The position numbers were made by a program, and so were the translations under genes. 64,000 bases of DNA. Source: an uncultured Bacilli bacterium. GTDB lineage: Bacteria; Bacillota_I; Bacilli_A; RF39; UBA660. The stretch lies in assembly GCA_944350445.1 (NCBI GenBank), contig CALVOW010000004.1:1154-65153 (forward strand), given 5' to 3'. Of the stretch, positions 40,984 through 50,274 are shown piece by piece (position 1 is the stretch's first letter; each line of letters begins with the position of its first letter). The notes under the pieces were generated by a model that saw nothing but the letters and a program-made list of their open reading frames with translations, searched no databases and had not been told where the DNA came from.

Positions 40984-41826
40984 ATGAATGGATTTAATCC
41001 TATTGATGGGGGATATTCTGATATTGTTAGTGTAAATGATGATAGTTTAGGAAGTGTGGAATCTTCAAAATTTGTATTAAATATTGATTCTTCCATATAT
41101 GCTAATGAAGTTTATACAATAAACTATATAAATGGTTTATTTGCTTCTTTGCAAAAAATATGTGAAAATTGTCAATCAGTTGTTAACTCGGCTAAAAGTT
41201 ATTTAATTAGAAATAATGAAATTGCTGAAATATCTTTACCAGAAATAGTTGATTTTGACTTTTCAATTACGTCATCATCAACGGTTGCAACTGCAAACGA
41301 TTTAACTACCGAAGAATATCAAACAGGTGCTGTTAATATTAGAAGTGGAACTTTAAATATGCGATCAGCTCCCAATGGAACAATAATTGCAGGATTAACA
41401 AATGCTACCCCTTTAAAAATAATTGGTCAAGCAGGAAATAATTCTGAATGGTATAAAGTTCAAACCGAAGATGGTCAAGAAGGATATGTTCATTCTAATT
41501 ATGTTGCATTGTCATCTCCTACATCAACAACTACAACTCAAACGATTAATAGTAATTCGGGAGATATTTCAGTCGAAAGTGTTTCTTTGGCGTCTCCAAA
41601 ATCAACTACTCCGGAAGAAAGTATAAATTCTGTTGGAACTGTTGATATTACAAGTGGAACCTTAAATGTTCGAGCAACACCTAACGGAAATATTATATCT
41701 AGTTTAAATAAAGGTGACTCAGTAACTATACTTGGTACAAGTGATACTGATTCTGATTGGTTAAAAATCTTGACTAGTGATAACCAAGAAGCATATGTTT
41801 ATTCTAAATATATAGATAGGGGTTAA
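40984..41826 (+). CDS. Protein with two bacterial SH3 (SH3b/SH3_3) domains and no signal peptide
   Basis: 280 aa with two repeats: GAVNIRSGTLNMRSAPNG...EWYKVQTEDGQEGYVHSNYV and GTVDITSGTLNVRATPNG...DWLKILTSDNQEAYVYSKYI. The N-terminal ~100 aa are unrecognised and not hydrophobic. Confidence 0.75.
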   Translation: MNGFNPIDGGYSDIVSVNDDSLGSVESSKFVLNIDSSIYANEVYTINYINGLFASLQKICENCQSVVNSAKSYLIRNNEIAEISLPEIVDFDFSITSSSTVATANDLTTEEYQTGAVNIRSGTLNMRSAPNGTIIAGLTNATPLKIIGQAGNNSEWYKVQTEDGQEGYVHSNYVALSSPTSTTTTQTINSNSGDISVESVSLASPKSTTPEESINSVGTVDITSGTLNVRATPNGNIISSLNKGDSVTILGTSDTDSDWLKILTSDNQEAYVYSKYIDRG

Positions 41827-41828
41827 AT

Positions 41829-42203
41829 ATGAAAAAAAGAATTGATCCAGTTGCTATAAAAAGTGTTAGTGATTTTTTAATTTCACAAATTGATTTATTA
41901 AAAAATGCCAAAAATAAATTATTAACTGATATAGAAAAAATAAATACAGTATATAAAGGTATTGATGCTAGTGTAATTGTTGAAAAATACAAAGAAAGAC
42001 TTTCTAAAATCGATGTAATTATTTTAAATTATGAAAATTTTTCTAAATATATGCAAAATGTTTCAATGGCTTATTCAGATAATGTCAATGAATCTAAAAA
42101 TGAATTACAACAAGCAATTCAAACAAATTCTTCTTATTTAGGAAATACTGGTATATCAACTGAAGTTTTACAAAATATGCAAGCAAATACAATGAAAATA
42201 TAA
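41829..42203 (+). CDS. Small helical protein, WXG100/Lap-like (Y-x-G turn)
   Basis: 124 aa starting 2 nt after the previous stop. It has central NTVYKGIDASVIVEKY and no TM or signal peptide. Confidence 0.5.
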   Translation: MKKRIDPVAIKSVSDFLISQIDLLKNAKNKLLTDIEKINTVYKGIDASVIVEKYKERLSKIDVIILNYENFSKYMQNVSMAYSDNVNESKNELQQAIQTNSSYLGNTGISTEVLQNMQANTMKI

Positions 42204-42214
42204 AGGGATGGTAA

Positions 42215-42553
42215 ATGAATATGGCAAATGTTAACATAAATTTAAATACTTTATCCTTAGATAGTTTAATTCAGACACTTGAAAGTGATAATTTGGAACT
42301 AGATAATCTTATAAAAAGTACTAATAATGCTATAAGAAAATTAGATGATACTAGATGGAAATCTAGTGAAAAAGAAAAATTTATGAATCAAGTACTTCCT
42401 TTTTTAGATAAAATTGAAAATAATTTTTATTCTTCACTTAATGAATGTACGAATCTTTTGAAAGAAGCTAATATTAAATATCAAGAGACAAATACTAATA
42501 TTAAAAATACCGTCGATGAAGTAGATGGGTCTATTTCAATTGATATATTATAA
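42215..42553 (+). CDS. Small helical protein, WXG100/Lap-like (W-x-S turn)
   Basis: 112 aa with central DDTRWKSSEKEKF and no TM or signal peptide. It directly precedes the 383-aa gene. Confidence 0.5.
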   Translation: MNMANVNINLNTLSLDSLIQTLESDNLELDNLIKSTNNAIRKLDDTRWKSSEKEKFMNQVLPFLDKIENNFYSSLNECTNLLKEANIKYQETNTNIKNTVDEVDGSISIDIL

Positions 42554-42562
42554 GGAGGAAAT

Positions 42563-43714
42563 ATGAATTATGAAAGTTTTTTAACTGAATATAAAACATT
42601 TTATGATACATATCATGAAAAGATACAATTAGCATGTGATTGTATCAATAGTAATCCTTGTAGCATTTTAGATAATGAAATAACGAATATAAAAAATGTA
42701 ATTTTAAAACCTTTATATTCATTAGATTGGGATGATTCTGTTAAAGATGTTTTTGTTTCTAATTTAGATAATTGTAGTGCTGATTTGGATTTATTATCTG
42801 AAAGTATTCAAACATCTTTTAGACCTTCAGAGGGACTTTATCGTCAAATAAATAATGATTTAGAAAAATTAAATACCAATATACTTAATTTAGAAAGGGC
42901 TATAAAGGCTGAACCAATAAAAAGTAATTATAAAGAAGAAGTTCAAGATGCAAATGGAGCAGTTACATCAGTTACTTATCCTGGTTATCAAACGGCATAT
43001 AATGATTGGCAAGCAGAATGTTCAAATTACAATTCTCTTTGTTTGCAATTAAAGGAATCAATTACTAATAAATTAAAAAGTTTAGAACTTATAGATGGAG
43101 AAGCAGTAAATATATCTGGTCAAATGAATTATTCATTAACAGGACTTGCAAATAGTTCTTCTAATTTTACAACTTATAATTTTCGAGGTAGTGATTATTT
43201 AATTTTAGATATACCAGGTGGTTATGATAGTGTATTTAATGAACTTGGTTCTCAAGCTCCTAATAAATGTTATCATTGGGCCATAGATTATGCTACAAAT
43301 ATTATTGAAAAAACAGGAGCTACTGTATCAACAACGTCTGAATTTAGTACTTCTGATCCAAATGAAGTATTGCAAATAGCTGCTAGTGAATTGCTCCAAG
43401 GAAGACCAGTTTATGTTCAAGTAACTGGAACCCATGTAAGTGGTGATACATATACAAGACATTTTGTAACAATAGCTGGTATAAAAGAAGATGCAGATTT
43501 AAATAATTTACAGCAAAGTGATTTTTTAATTATGGAACCAACTGCGGCAATGCTTAAAGAAATGGATACAAATATGGCAAATTATCGGACTAGAAGTTTA
43601 TTTAGTGCTCAAAATGCAACATATCGTGCAGTTTCTAGTAACCAATACTTAGTTGGTGTATTTACAACTCCAGATGAATATTTATCAGAAACTTGTCATA
43701 CTACAAGTATTTAA
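42563..43714 (+). CDS. Two-part protein: N-terminal helical (WXG/LXG-like) region plus C-terminal papain-fold Cys-His hydrolase-like domain
   Basis: 383 aa with no signal peptide. The N-terminal ~190 aa are helical with SLDWDDSVKD. The C-terminal ~170 aa carry candidate catalytic Cys (APNKCYHWAIDYA), His ~64 aa later (YTRHFVTIAGI) and an acidic residue (DFLIMEP), spaced as in CHAP/NlpC-P60/C39-like folds. Confidence 0.55.
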   Translation: MNYESFLTEYKTFYDTYHEKIQLACDCINSNPCSILDNEITNIKNVILKPLYSLDWDDSVKDVFVSNLDNCSADLDLLSESIQTSFRPSEGLYRQINNDLEKLNTNILNLERAIKAEPIKSNYKEEVQDANGAVTSVTYPGYQTAYNDWQAECSNYNSLCLQLKESITNKLKSLELIDGEAVNISGQMNYSLTGLANSSSNFTTYNFRGSDYLILDIPGGYDSVFNELGSQAPNKCYHWAIDYATNIIEKTGATVSTTSEFSTSDPNEVLQIAASELLQGRPVYVQVTGTHVSGDTYTRHFVTIAGIKEDADLNNLQQSDFLIMEPTAAMLKEMDTNMANYRTRSLFSAQNATYRAVSSNQYLVGVFTTPDEYLSETCHTTSI

Positions 43715-43736
43715 ATATCTTTTTAGATATTTTTTT
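43713..43736 (+). terminator. Rho-independent terminator closing the WXG100-like operon
   Basis: AAATATCT / AGATATTT stem with a TTTT loop, followed by a T-run. Confidence 0.7.
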
Positions 43737-43798
43737 AATTTATGATATAATTTTGTTTAAAGTTTTATTTTCTAATATTTAAATGAAAGAATTTTTAG

Positions 43799-44794
43799 GT
43801 GATTTATATGTATATTGGAAATGTTGAAGTCAAAGGAAAAACTGTCTTAGCCCCAATGGCTGGTATTTGTAACAGTGCTTTTCGAAAAATTATTAAGGAA
43901 ATGGGTTGTGCTTTGGTATATGCCGAAATGGTAAGTGATAAAGCTATTTTCTATCGTAATGAAAAAACTCGCGATATGCTATTTATGGAACAAATAGAAA
44001 GACCAATTGCTCAACAAATCTTTGGCAGTGATAAAGAATCTTTTGTTGAAGCAGCTAAATATATTGAGAAAGTAATGAATCCAGATATTATTGATATTAA
44101 TATGGGATGTCCTGTTCCCAAAGTTGCTCTTAAAAGCCAAGCCGGTGCAGCCCTTTTAAAAAATCCAGAGAAAATATATGAGATTGTTTCTTCGGTTGTT
44201 GCAGCTGTTAAATGTCCAGTTACAGTTAAAATTCGGAGTGGTTGGGATCAGAATAGTATTAATGCGGTTGAAGTGGCAAAAATTTGTGAAAAAGCTGGAG
44301 CTAGTGCTATTACAGTACATCCTAGAACAAGAAGCCAAGGTTATAGTGGTCAAGCTGATTGGTCGATTATCAAAAAGGTAAAAGAAAATGTTCATATTCC
44401 TGTCATTGGTAATGGAGATATTACAGATATTTATAAAGCCAAAGCTATGTTAGAGGAAACAGGTTGTGATTTAATTATGATTGGCCGAGGTGTGCTTGGA
44501 AATCCTTGGTTAATTAGAGAAATAAATGCTTATTTAGAGGATGGGACAATTCTTCCTAAACCAACGGATGAAGAAAAAATAGATATGTGTTTAAAACATT
44601 TAAATTATTTAAGTCAAATTAAACCAGAAAAATTAGCATGTCTAGAAATTAGAAACCATATTGCTTGGTATTTAAAAGGAATAAAAAATGCTAATAATTT
44701 AAAAACAAAAGTTTATCAAATGACAAAATTATGTGATATAATAGATTTAATTAATCAATTTAAGGAGGAATTAAATGAAACCAGTAAGTTATAA
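43799..44794 (+). CDS. dusB: tRNA-dihydrouridine synthase
   Basis: 331 aa with a Dus TIM-barrel pattern (LAPMAGICNSAFR, DINMGCPVPKV, VTVKIRSGW, ITVHPRTR). The start is ambiguous: GTG at 43799 or ATG at 43808. Confidence 0.9.
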   Translation: MIYMYIGNVEVKGKTVLAPMAGICNSAFRKIIKEMGCALVYAEMVSDKAIFYRNEKTRDMLFMEQIERPIAQQIFGSDKESFVEAAKYIEKVMNPDIIDINMGCPVPKVALKSQAGAALLKNPEKIYEIVSSVVAAVKCPVTVKIRSGWDQNSINAVEVAKICEKAGASAITVHPRTRSQGYSGQADWSIIKKVKENVHIPVIGNGDITDIYKAKAMLEETGCDLIMIGRGVLGNPWLIREINAYLEDGTILPKPTDEEKIDMCLKHLNYLSQIKPEKLACLEIRNHIAWYLKGIKNANNLKTKVYQMTKLCDIIDLINQFKEELNETSKL

Positions 44795-45455
44795 AAGAAT
44801 ATTAGCTTATTTAATAGATATTTTAATTGTTACTTGCATAGCTACTATATTAACAATGTTTATTCCTGTAAGTGAGGAATATACTAATCAAATGAATGAA
44901 TTAAATGCAGTATTAGAAGATTATTCTAGTGGTGATATTTCTGAAACAGAATATTTAGAAAAATTTAGTGATATTAGTTATATAGTTAATAAAGAAAGCG
45001 TTCAAGTATCGATTGTATCTGTTGTTTTATCAACTATTTACTTTGTTGTCTTAGCATATTATATGAATGGTCAAACATTTGGTAAAAAAATAATGAAAAT
45101 TCAAGTTGTGTCTGCTAATTCTAAAAAATTAACAATGAATAATTATTTAATTAGAAGTTTACTAGTAGATTCTATTTTAATGAATACAATAAGTATTGTT
45201 ACAATTTTATTTCTTGAAAAATCTTCATATTTAAAAGTTTACGATGCTACTTCAACTATTTTTGGAGCAATTTACGTTGTAATATTTGCTATGATTTTAT
45301 TTCGCCAAGATGGAAGAGGTTTACATGATTTATTAGCAAATACCAAAGTAATTTCTTTAAATGATAATAAAGTTTTAAATGAAGAACCAATTAAAGAAGA
45401 AAAAGAAGAAACTAAAAAAGAAGTAATAAAAGATGCTGAAATAATTGAAAAATAA
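44775..45455 (+). CDS. RDD-family membrane protein
   Basis: 226 aa with KRILAYLIDILIV, GQTFGKKIMKIQVV and GRGLHDLLANTKVI, plus three TM helices and an AAGGAGG RBS. Confidence 0.8.
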   Translation: MKPVSYKRILAYLIDILIVTCIATILTMFIPVSEEYTNQMNELNAVLEDYSSGDISETEYLEKFSDISYIVNKESVQVSIVSVVLSTIYFVVLAYYMNGQTFGKKIMKIQVVSANSKKLTMNNYLIRSLLVDSILMNTISIVTILFLEKSSYLKVYDATSTIFGAIYVVIFAMILFRQDGRGLHDLLANTKVISLNDNKVLNEEPIKEEKEETKKEVIKDAEIIEK

Positions 45456-45500
45456 TAAATGATGATGTTTTTACATTGTCATTTTTAGAAAGGATAAAAA

Positions 45501-46611
45501 ATGGAATTAATAGAAATTAAAAATGAACTTTTAAAATTAAAAGAAAAACAAGAAGAGTTATGGGGGTTACTTTGACGTTTCTTCAAAAGAAGAAAAAATT
45601 CAAGAACTCGAACAAATTACGCAAAATCCTGACTTTTGGTCTTTAAAAGATGAAGTAAATAAAATTATGAATGAATTAAATAATTTAAAAGATATTGTTC
45701 ATAATAATAAAGTATTAAAGGATATGATTACAACTAATTTAGAAATTTTAGAGATTTTAGAACTAGAACCAGATGTAAAGGTTCAAAATGATTTAGAAAA
45801 AGATTTGCAAGTTATAAATCAAAAAATTTCTGAATTAGAATTATATACACTTTTAAATTCTCCATATGATAAATTAAATTGTATTTTAGAACTTCATGCG
45901 GGAGCAGGAGGAACTGAAGCTTGTGATTGGACAAATATGCTTTATAGAATGTATATAAGATATTTAGAAAGACATCATTATAAATATCAAATTATTTCCT
46001 ATTTAGATTATGAAGAAGCCGGAATTAAAAGTGTTTCTTTAAGAGTTGAAGGTAATAATGCCTATGGCTATTTGAAATGTGAGAAAGGTGTTCATAGATT
46101 AGTTAGGTTATCACCCTTTGATGCTAACAACAAACGTCATACTTCCTTTGCTTCTGTTGATGTAATACCAGAATTTGAGGAAGTTGATGATGTAGTAATC
46201 GATGAAAAAGATTTAAAAATCGATGTTTATCGTAGTAGTGGAGCTGGTGGTCAACATGTAAATACTACTGATAGTGCTGTTCGAATTACCCATTTACCTA
46301 CTAAAATTGTTGTCTCATGTCAAAATCAACGAAGTCAAATTCAAAATAGAGAAGAAGCTTTAAAAATGTTAAAAAGCAAATTAAAATTAATAGAAATTGA
46401 AAAAAGAAATCAAGAAATTAATGATGTCAAAGGTGAAAATTTAAATATTGAATTTGGTTCTCAAATAAGAAGTTACGTCATGCATCCATATTCAATGGTA
46501 AAAGATCATAGAACTAACTTTGAAACTAGTAATGTTTCAAAAGTATTAGACGGAGAAATTGATGAATTCATTTTAGAATATTTAAAAATGAATGTAAAAA
46601 ATAAGAAGTAG
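45501..46611 (+). CDS. prfB: Peptide chain release factor 2, with a programmed +1 frameshift
   Basis: Frame 0 runs from the ATG at 45501 to CTT (45570-45572), then TGA (45573-45575). The +1 frame from GAC at 45574 runs in frame with the track ORF 45667-46611. A GGGGG SD-like element lies 3 nt upstream of CTT. SPF and GGQ (SGAGGQHVNT) motifs are present. Confidence 0.93.
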
Positions 46612-46638
46612 AGATTATCTATTTCTTTTTTTATATAG

Positions 46639-47244
46639 GTGATGAATTTGAAAAAAATAAAAAAATATTTATATTTATTAATTATATTATTAATTGCTTC
46701 CTTAAATTTTAATATGTTCTTAAAACCTCTACATTTAGTAACTGGTGGTACCCAAGGATTAGCTATCGTTTTAAATAGCATTACTAAATTAAGTCATTCA
46801 ACCCTTATTTTAATTATCAATTTAACTATGTTAATTTTAAGTTACTTACTTTTATCAAAAAAGGCAACTCTTGGTACAGTTTTAGCAACTTTTTTCTATC
46901 CTTTGTTTGTAAAATTAACCAATAATATTGCTTTTTCTTTTGATATTTTAATATTGAATGTAATTACTGCTGGTATTATTTCTGGTTTTACTAATGGCTA
47001 TATTTACAAATTAGGTTTTACAGCTGGTGGTATTAATACCTTAGGACCTATTTTTAATAAATATTTTCATATTTCGGTTGGAACTATAAATTTTATTATA
47101 AATGGAATTATTCTTTTTCTAGGTTGTTTTATATTTGGATTTAAAGATTTTTTTTATTCTTTGATTGTTCTTTTAATAAATAGCATAATTATTAATTTAG
47201 TTTTATATAAAAAAATTTTAAATTCAAATAAAATTAAAAAATAA
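46639..47244 (+). CDS. YitT-family integral membrane protein
   Basis: 201 aa with five or six TM helices and N-terminal NFNMFLKPLHLVTGGTQGLAIV, typical of YitT. The start is uncertain (GTG 46639, ATG 46642 or TTG 46648). Confidence 0.7.
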   Translation: MMNLKKIKKYLYLLIILLIASLNFNMFLKPLHLVTGGTQGLAIVLNSITKLSHSTLILIINLTMLILSYLLLSKKATLGTVLATFFYPLFVKLTNNIAFSFDILILNVITAGIISGFTNGYIYKLGFTAGGINTLGPIFNKYFHISVGTINFIINGIILFLGCFIFGFKDFFYSLIVLLINSIIINLVLYKKILNSNKIKK

Positions 47245-47352
47245 AGGTATAAAATTGTTGGGTAGTTAAATAAATTTTAAAAATTTTCGTAAAATTTTCT
47301 CCTTTTCAACTTTTTAAAATTATGATATACTATTCTAGATTTTTAGAGGTGT

Positions 47353-50166
47353 ATGATGGATAAAATAATAATTAAAGGAGCAAGAGAAAACAATTTAAAA
47401 AATATTGATTTAGAATTACCAAAGAATAAATTAATTGTCATGACTGGTTTATCAGGATCAGGGAAAAGTAGTTTAGCTTTTGATACTATCTATGCTGAGG
47501 GAGAAAGAAGATATGTGGAATCTTTATCTGCTTATGCTAGACAGTTTTTAGGTGGTTCTGAGAAACCTGATGTTGATTCAATTGAAGGTTTATCACCAAG
47601 TATTTCTATTGATCAAAAAACAACTAGTAAAAATCCTCGTTCAACCGTTGGAACAGTAACGGAAATATATGATTATTTACGTCTTTTATTTGCCAGAATT
47701 GGTGTTCCATATTGTCCTAATCATAATATTCCAATTACTAGTCAAAGTATTGAAGAAATTGTTAATAAAGTTGAAAGCTTTGGACAAGGGACGAAATTAA
47801 TTATTTTAGCTCCGGTTGTTGATTCCGAAAAAGGAACTCACAAAGATACCTTAGAGGAGTTAAGAAAAAATGGTTATATTCGCGTTCGTATAAATGATGA
47901 AATGTATGATTTATCAGAAGATATTCAGTTAGAAAAAAATATTAAAAGTAAAATTGATGTTGTCGTTGATAGAATAGTTATTAAAGAAGGGATTAGAAGT
48001 CGTTTATATGAATCAATTGAAAATGCTTGTAATCTTTCAAATGGAAAAGTCTTGGTAAACATTGTTGGTTCGGAAGAAATTTTATTTTCAACAACTTATG
48101 CGTGTCCATATTGTAATTATTCAATTCCGAGTCTTGAACCACGTATGTTTAGTTTTAATGCTCCTTATGGGGCTTGTCCGGAATGCAAAGGACTTGGGGT
48201 TAAACTAAAAATTGATGTTGATTTAGTAATTCCTGATGATTCTCTTAGTTTAAATGAAAAATGTATCAAAACTTTAAATGATGATCATGATTCAATTGAA
48301 TATAAAAAATTAAAAGCAGTTTGTGATCATTATAAAATTGATATGGATAAACCTTTTAAGAAATTAACTAAAAGAGAAAAAGATATTATTTTATATGGTT
48401 CTCCGGATATATTAACTTTTAATATTGTAAGTCGTAGTGGTAATGTAACTAAGAATAAAGATTATTTTGAAGGCGTAATAAATAATTTAGAAAGACGTTA
48501 CCTGGAAACATCAAGTGAATGGATTCGTGATTGGCTAGAGCAATATATGATTGAACTTCCCTGTGAAGTATGTCATGGTGCAAGATTAAGTGATAGTGTT
48601 TTAAGTATTCGTATTAACAAAAAAAATATTTATGAAGTAACTTGTATGTCAATTCGTGAATTAATTGATTGGTTTAATAATTTAAAGTTAACTGAATCAG
48701 AATTAAAAATATCGGAACTTGTTATAAAAGAAATAAAAAATCGTTTAGAGTTTTTAAAAAATGTTGGACTTGAATATTTAACTTTATCGAGAATGAGTGG
48801 AACTTTATCTGGTGGTGAAGCCCAAAGAATTCGTTTGGCAACCCAAATTGGCTCTCGTTTAACAGGAGTTTTATATGTTTTAGATGAACCAAGTATCGGA
48901 CTTCATCAAAAAGATAATGAAAAGTTAATTAAATCCCTTTTAGATATGCGTGATCTTGGTAATACTTTAATTGTTGTTGAACATGACACTGATACGATGT
49001 TAGCTAGTGATTACCTAGTAGATATTGGTCCTGGGGCTGGGGAGAATGGTGGTTATGTTGTCGCGGCTGGTACCCCAGAAGAAGTTATGAAAAATGAAAA
49101 TAGCATTACAGGTCGTTTTTTAAGTGGAAAAGAATGCATTGAAGTTCCAAAAACAAGGAGAAAAGGCATTGGTAAGTCAATTCAAATTAAAGGAGCTAGT
49201 GAAAATAATTTACAAAATATTGATGTTTCTATTCCGCTTGGAACATTTACTTGTGTAACAGGTGTATCTGGATCTGGAAAAAGTAGTTTAATCATGGAAA
49301 TTTTAGCTAAAGCTTGTATGAGTCATATTTATAAATCCAAAGTAAAACCAGGGCATCATAAAAAAATTCTTGGACTTACTAATTTAGATAAAGTTGTAAT
49401 TATTACCCAAAATCCAATTGGTCGAACCCCAAGATCAAATCCGGCAACTTATACAGGCGTCTTTGATGATATTCGAGATTTATTTACTAATACCAAGGAA
49501 GCCAAAATGTTAGGTTATGGTAAAAATAGATTTTCTTTTAATGTTAAAGGTGGAAGATGTGAAGCCTGTCGGGGAGATGGGGTTAAAAAAATTGAAATGC
49601 ATTTTTTACCTGATGTTTATATTCCATGCGAAGTATGCCACGGTAGTCGTTATAATAGTGAAACTTTATCTATTCGTTATAAAGAAAAAAATATTGCGGA
49701 AGTTTTAGATATGCGAGTAAGTGAGGCTTTAAAGTTTTTTGATAATCAACCAAAAATTAAAAATAAACTTCAAGTGATGGAAGATGTTGGACTTGGTTAT
49801 GTAAAACTTGGTCAAAGTGCAACAACCTTATCAGGTGGTGAAGCTGGACGCGTTAAGTTATCAAAAGAACTTCAAAAGAAAGCAACTGGTAAGACTTTAT
49901 TTATTTTAGATGAACCAACGACCGGTTTACATATGGCTGATATTAAAAGATTACTTGATATATTACAAAGAATTGTTAATAATAATGATACAGTTGTTGT
50001 CATTGAGCATAATTTAGATGTTATTAAATCGGCTGATTATATTATTGATTTAGGACCAGATGGTGGTTCAGGTGGTGGCCAAGTTGTTGCAACGGGAACC
50101 CCAGAAGAAGTTGCTAATGTTAAAAATAGTTATACCGGCGAGTTTTTAAAGAAAATTTTAAAATAG
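47353..50166 (+). CDS. uvrA: Excinuclease ABC subunit A
   Basis: 937 aa with two ABC modules (GLSGSGKSS, GVSGSGKSS; LSGGEAQR, LSGGEAGR) and zinc modules (CPYC..CPEC, CEAC..CEVC). No uvrB lies upstream. The ATG at 47356 may be the true start. Confidence 0.97.
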   Translation: MMDKIIIKGARENNLKNIDLELPKNKLIVMTGLSGSGKSSLAFDTIYAEGERRYVESLSAYARQFLGGSEKPDVDSIEGLSPSISIDQKTTSKNPRSTVGTVTEIYDYLRLLFARIGVPYCPNHNIPITSQSIEEIVNKVESFGQGTKLIILAPVVDSEKGTHKDTLEELRKNGYIRVRINDEMYDLSEDIQLEKNIKSKIDVVVDRIVIKEGIRSRLYESIENACNLSNGKVLVNIVGSEEILFSTTYACPYCNYSIPSLEPRMFSFNAPYGACPECKGLGVKLKIDVDLVIPDDSLSLNEKCIKTLNDDHDSIEYKKLKAVCDHYKIDMDKPFKKLTKREKDIILYGSPDILTFNIVSRSGNVTKNKDYFEGVINNLERRYLETSSEWIRDWLEQYMIELPCEVCHGARLSDSVLSIRINKKNIYEVTCMSIRELIDWFNNLKLTESELKISELVIKEIKNRLEFLKNVGLEYLTLSRMSGTLSGGEAQRIRLATQIGSRLTGVLYVLDEPSIGLHQKDNEKLIKSLLDMRDLGNTLIVVEHDTDTMLASDYLVDIGPGAGENGGYVVAAGTPEEVMKNENSITGRFLSGKECIEVPKTRRKGIGKSIQIKGASENNLQNIDVSIPLGTFTCVTGVSGSGKSSLIMEILAKACMSHIYKSKVKPGHHKKILGLTNLDKVVIITQNPIGRTPRSNPATYTGVFDDIRDLFTNTKEAKMLGYGKNRFSFNVKGGRCEACRGDGVKKIEMHFLPDVYIPCEVCHGSRYNSETLSIRYKEKNIAEVLDMRVSEALKFFDNQPKIKNKLQVMEDVGLGYVKLGQSATTLSGGEAGRVKLSKELQKKATGKTLFILDEPTTGLHMADIKRLLDILQRIVNNNDTVVVIEHNLDVIKSADYIIDLGPDGGSGGGQVVATGTPEEVANVKNSYTGEFLKKILK

Positions 50167-50274
50167 CATGATAATTCATGTTATTTTTATTTCCTGGGAA
50201 ATAATTTATATTTAATTTTTTTCTAAAAGTTGTATTTTTTAGGAAAAAAATATATACTTGTTATAGGTGGTTTT

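Noticed and set aside
40354-43714. Calling this a complete type VII secretion locus.
   Set aside because: No FtsK/SpoIIIE-type ATPase, EssB, EsaA or ubiquitin-like component is present in the window. Only substrate-like genes are visible.
47245-47352. Searched for a LexA/Cheo box (GAAC-N4-GTTC) upstream of uvrA.
   Set aside because: No match was seen in the intergenic region.
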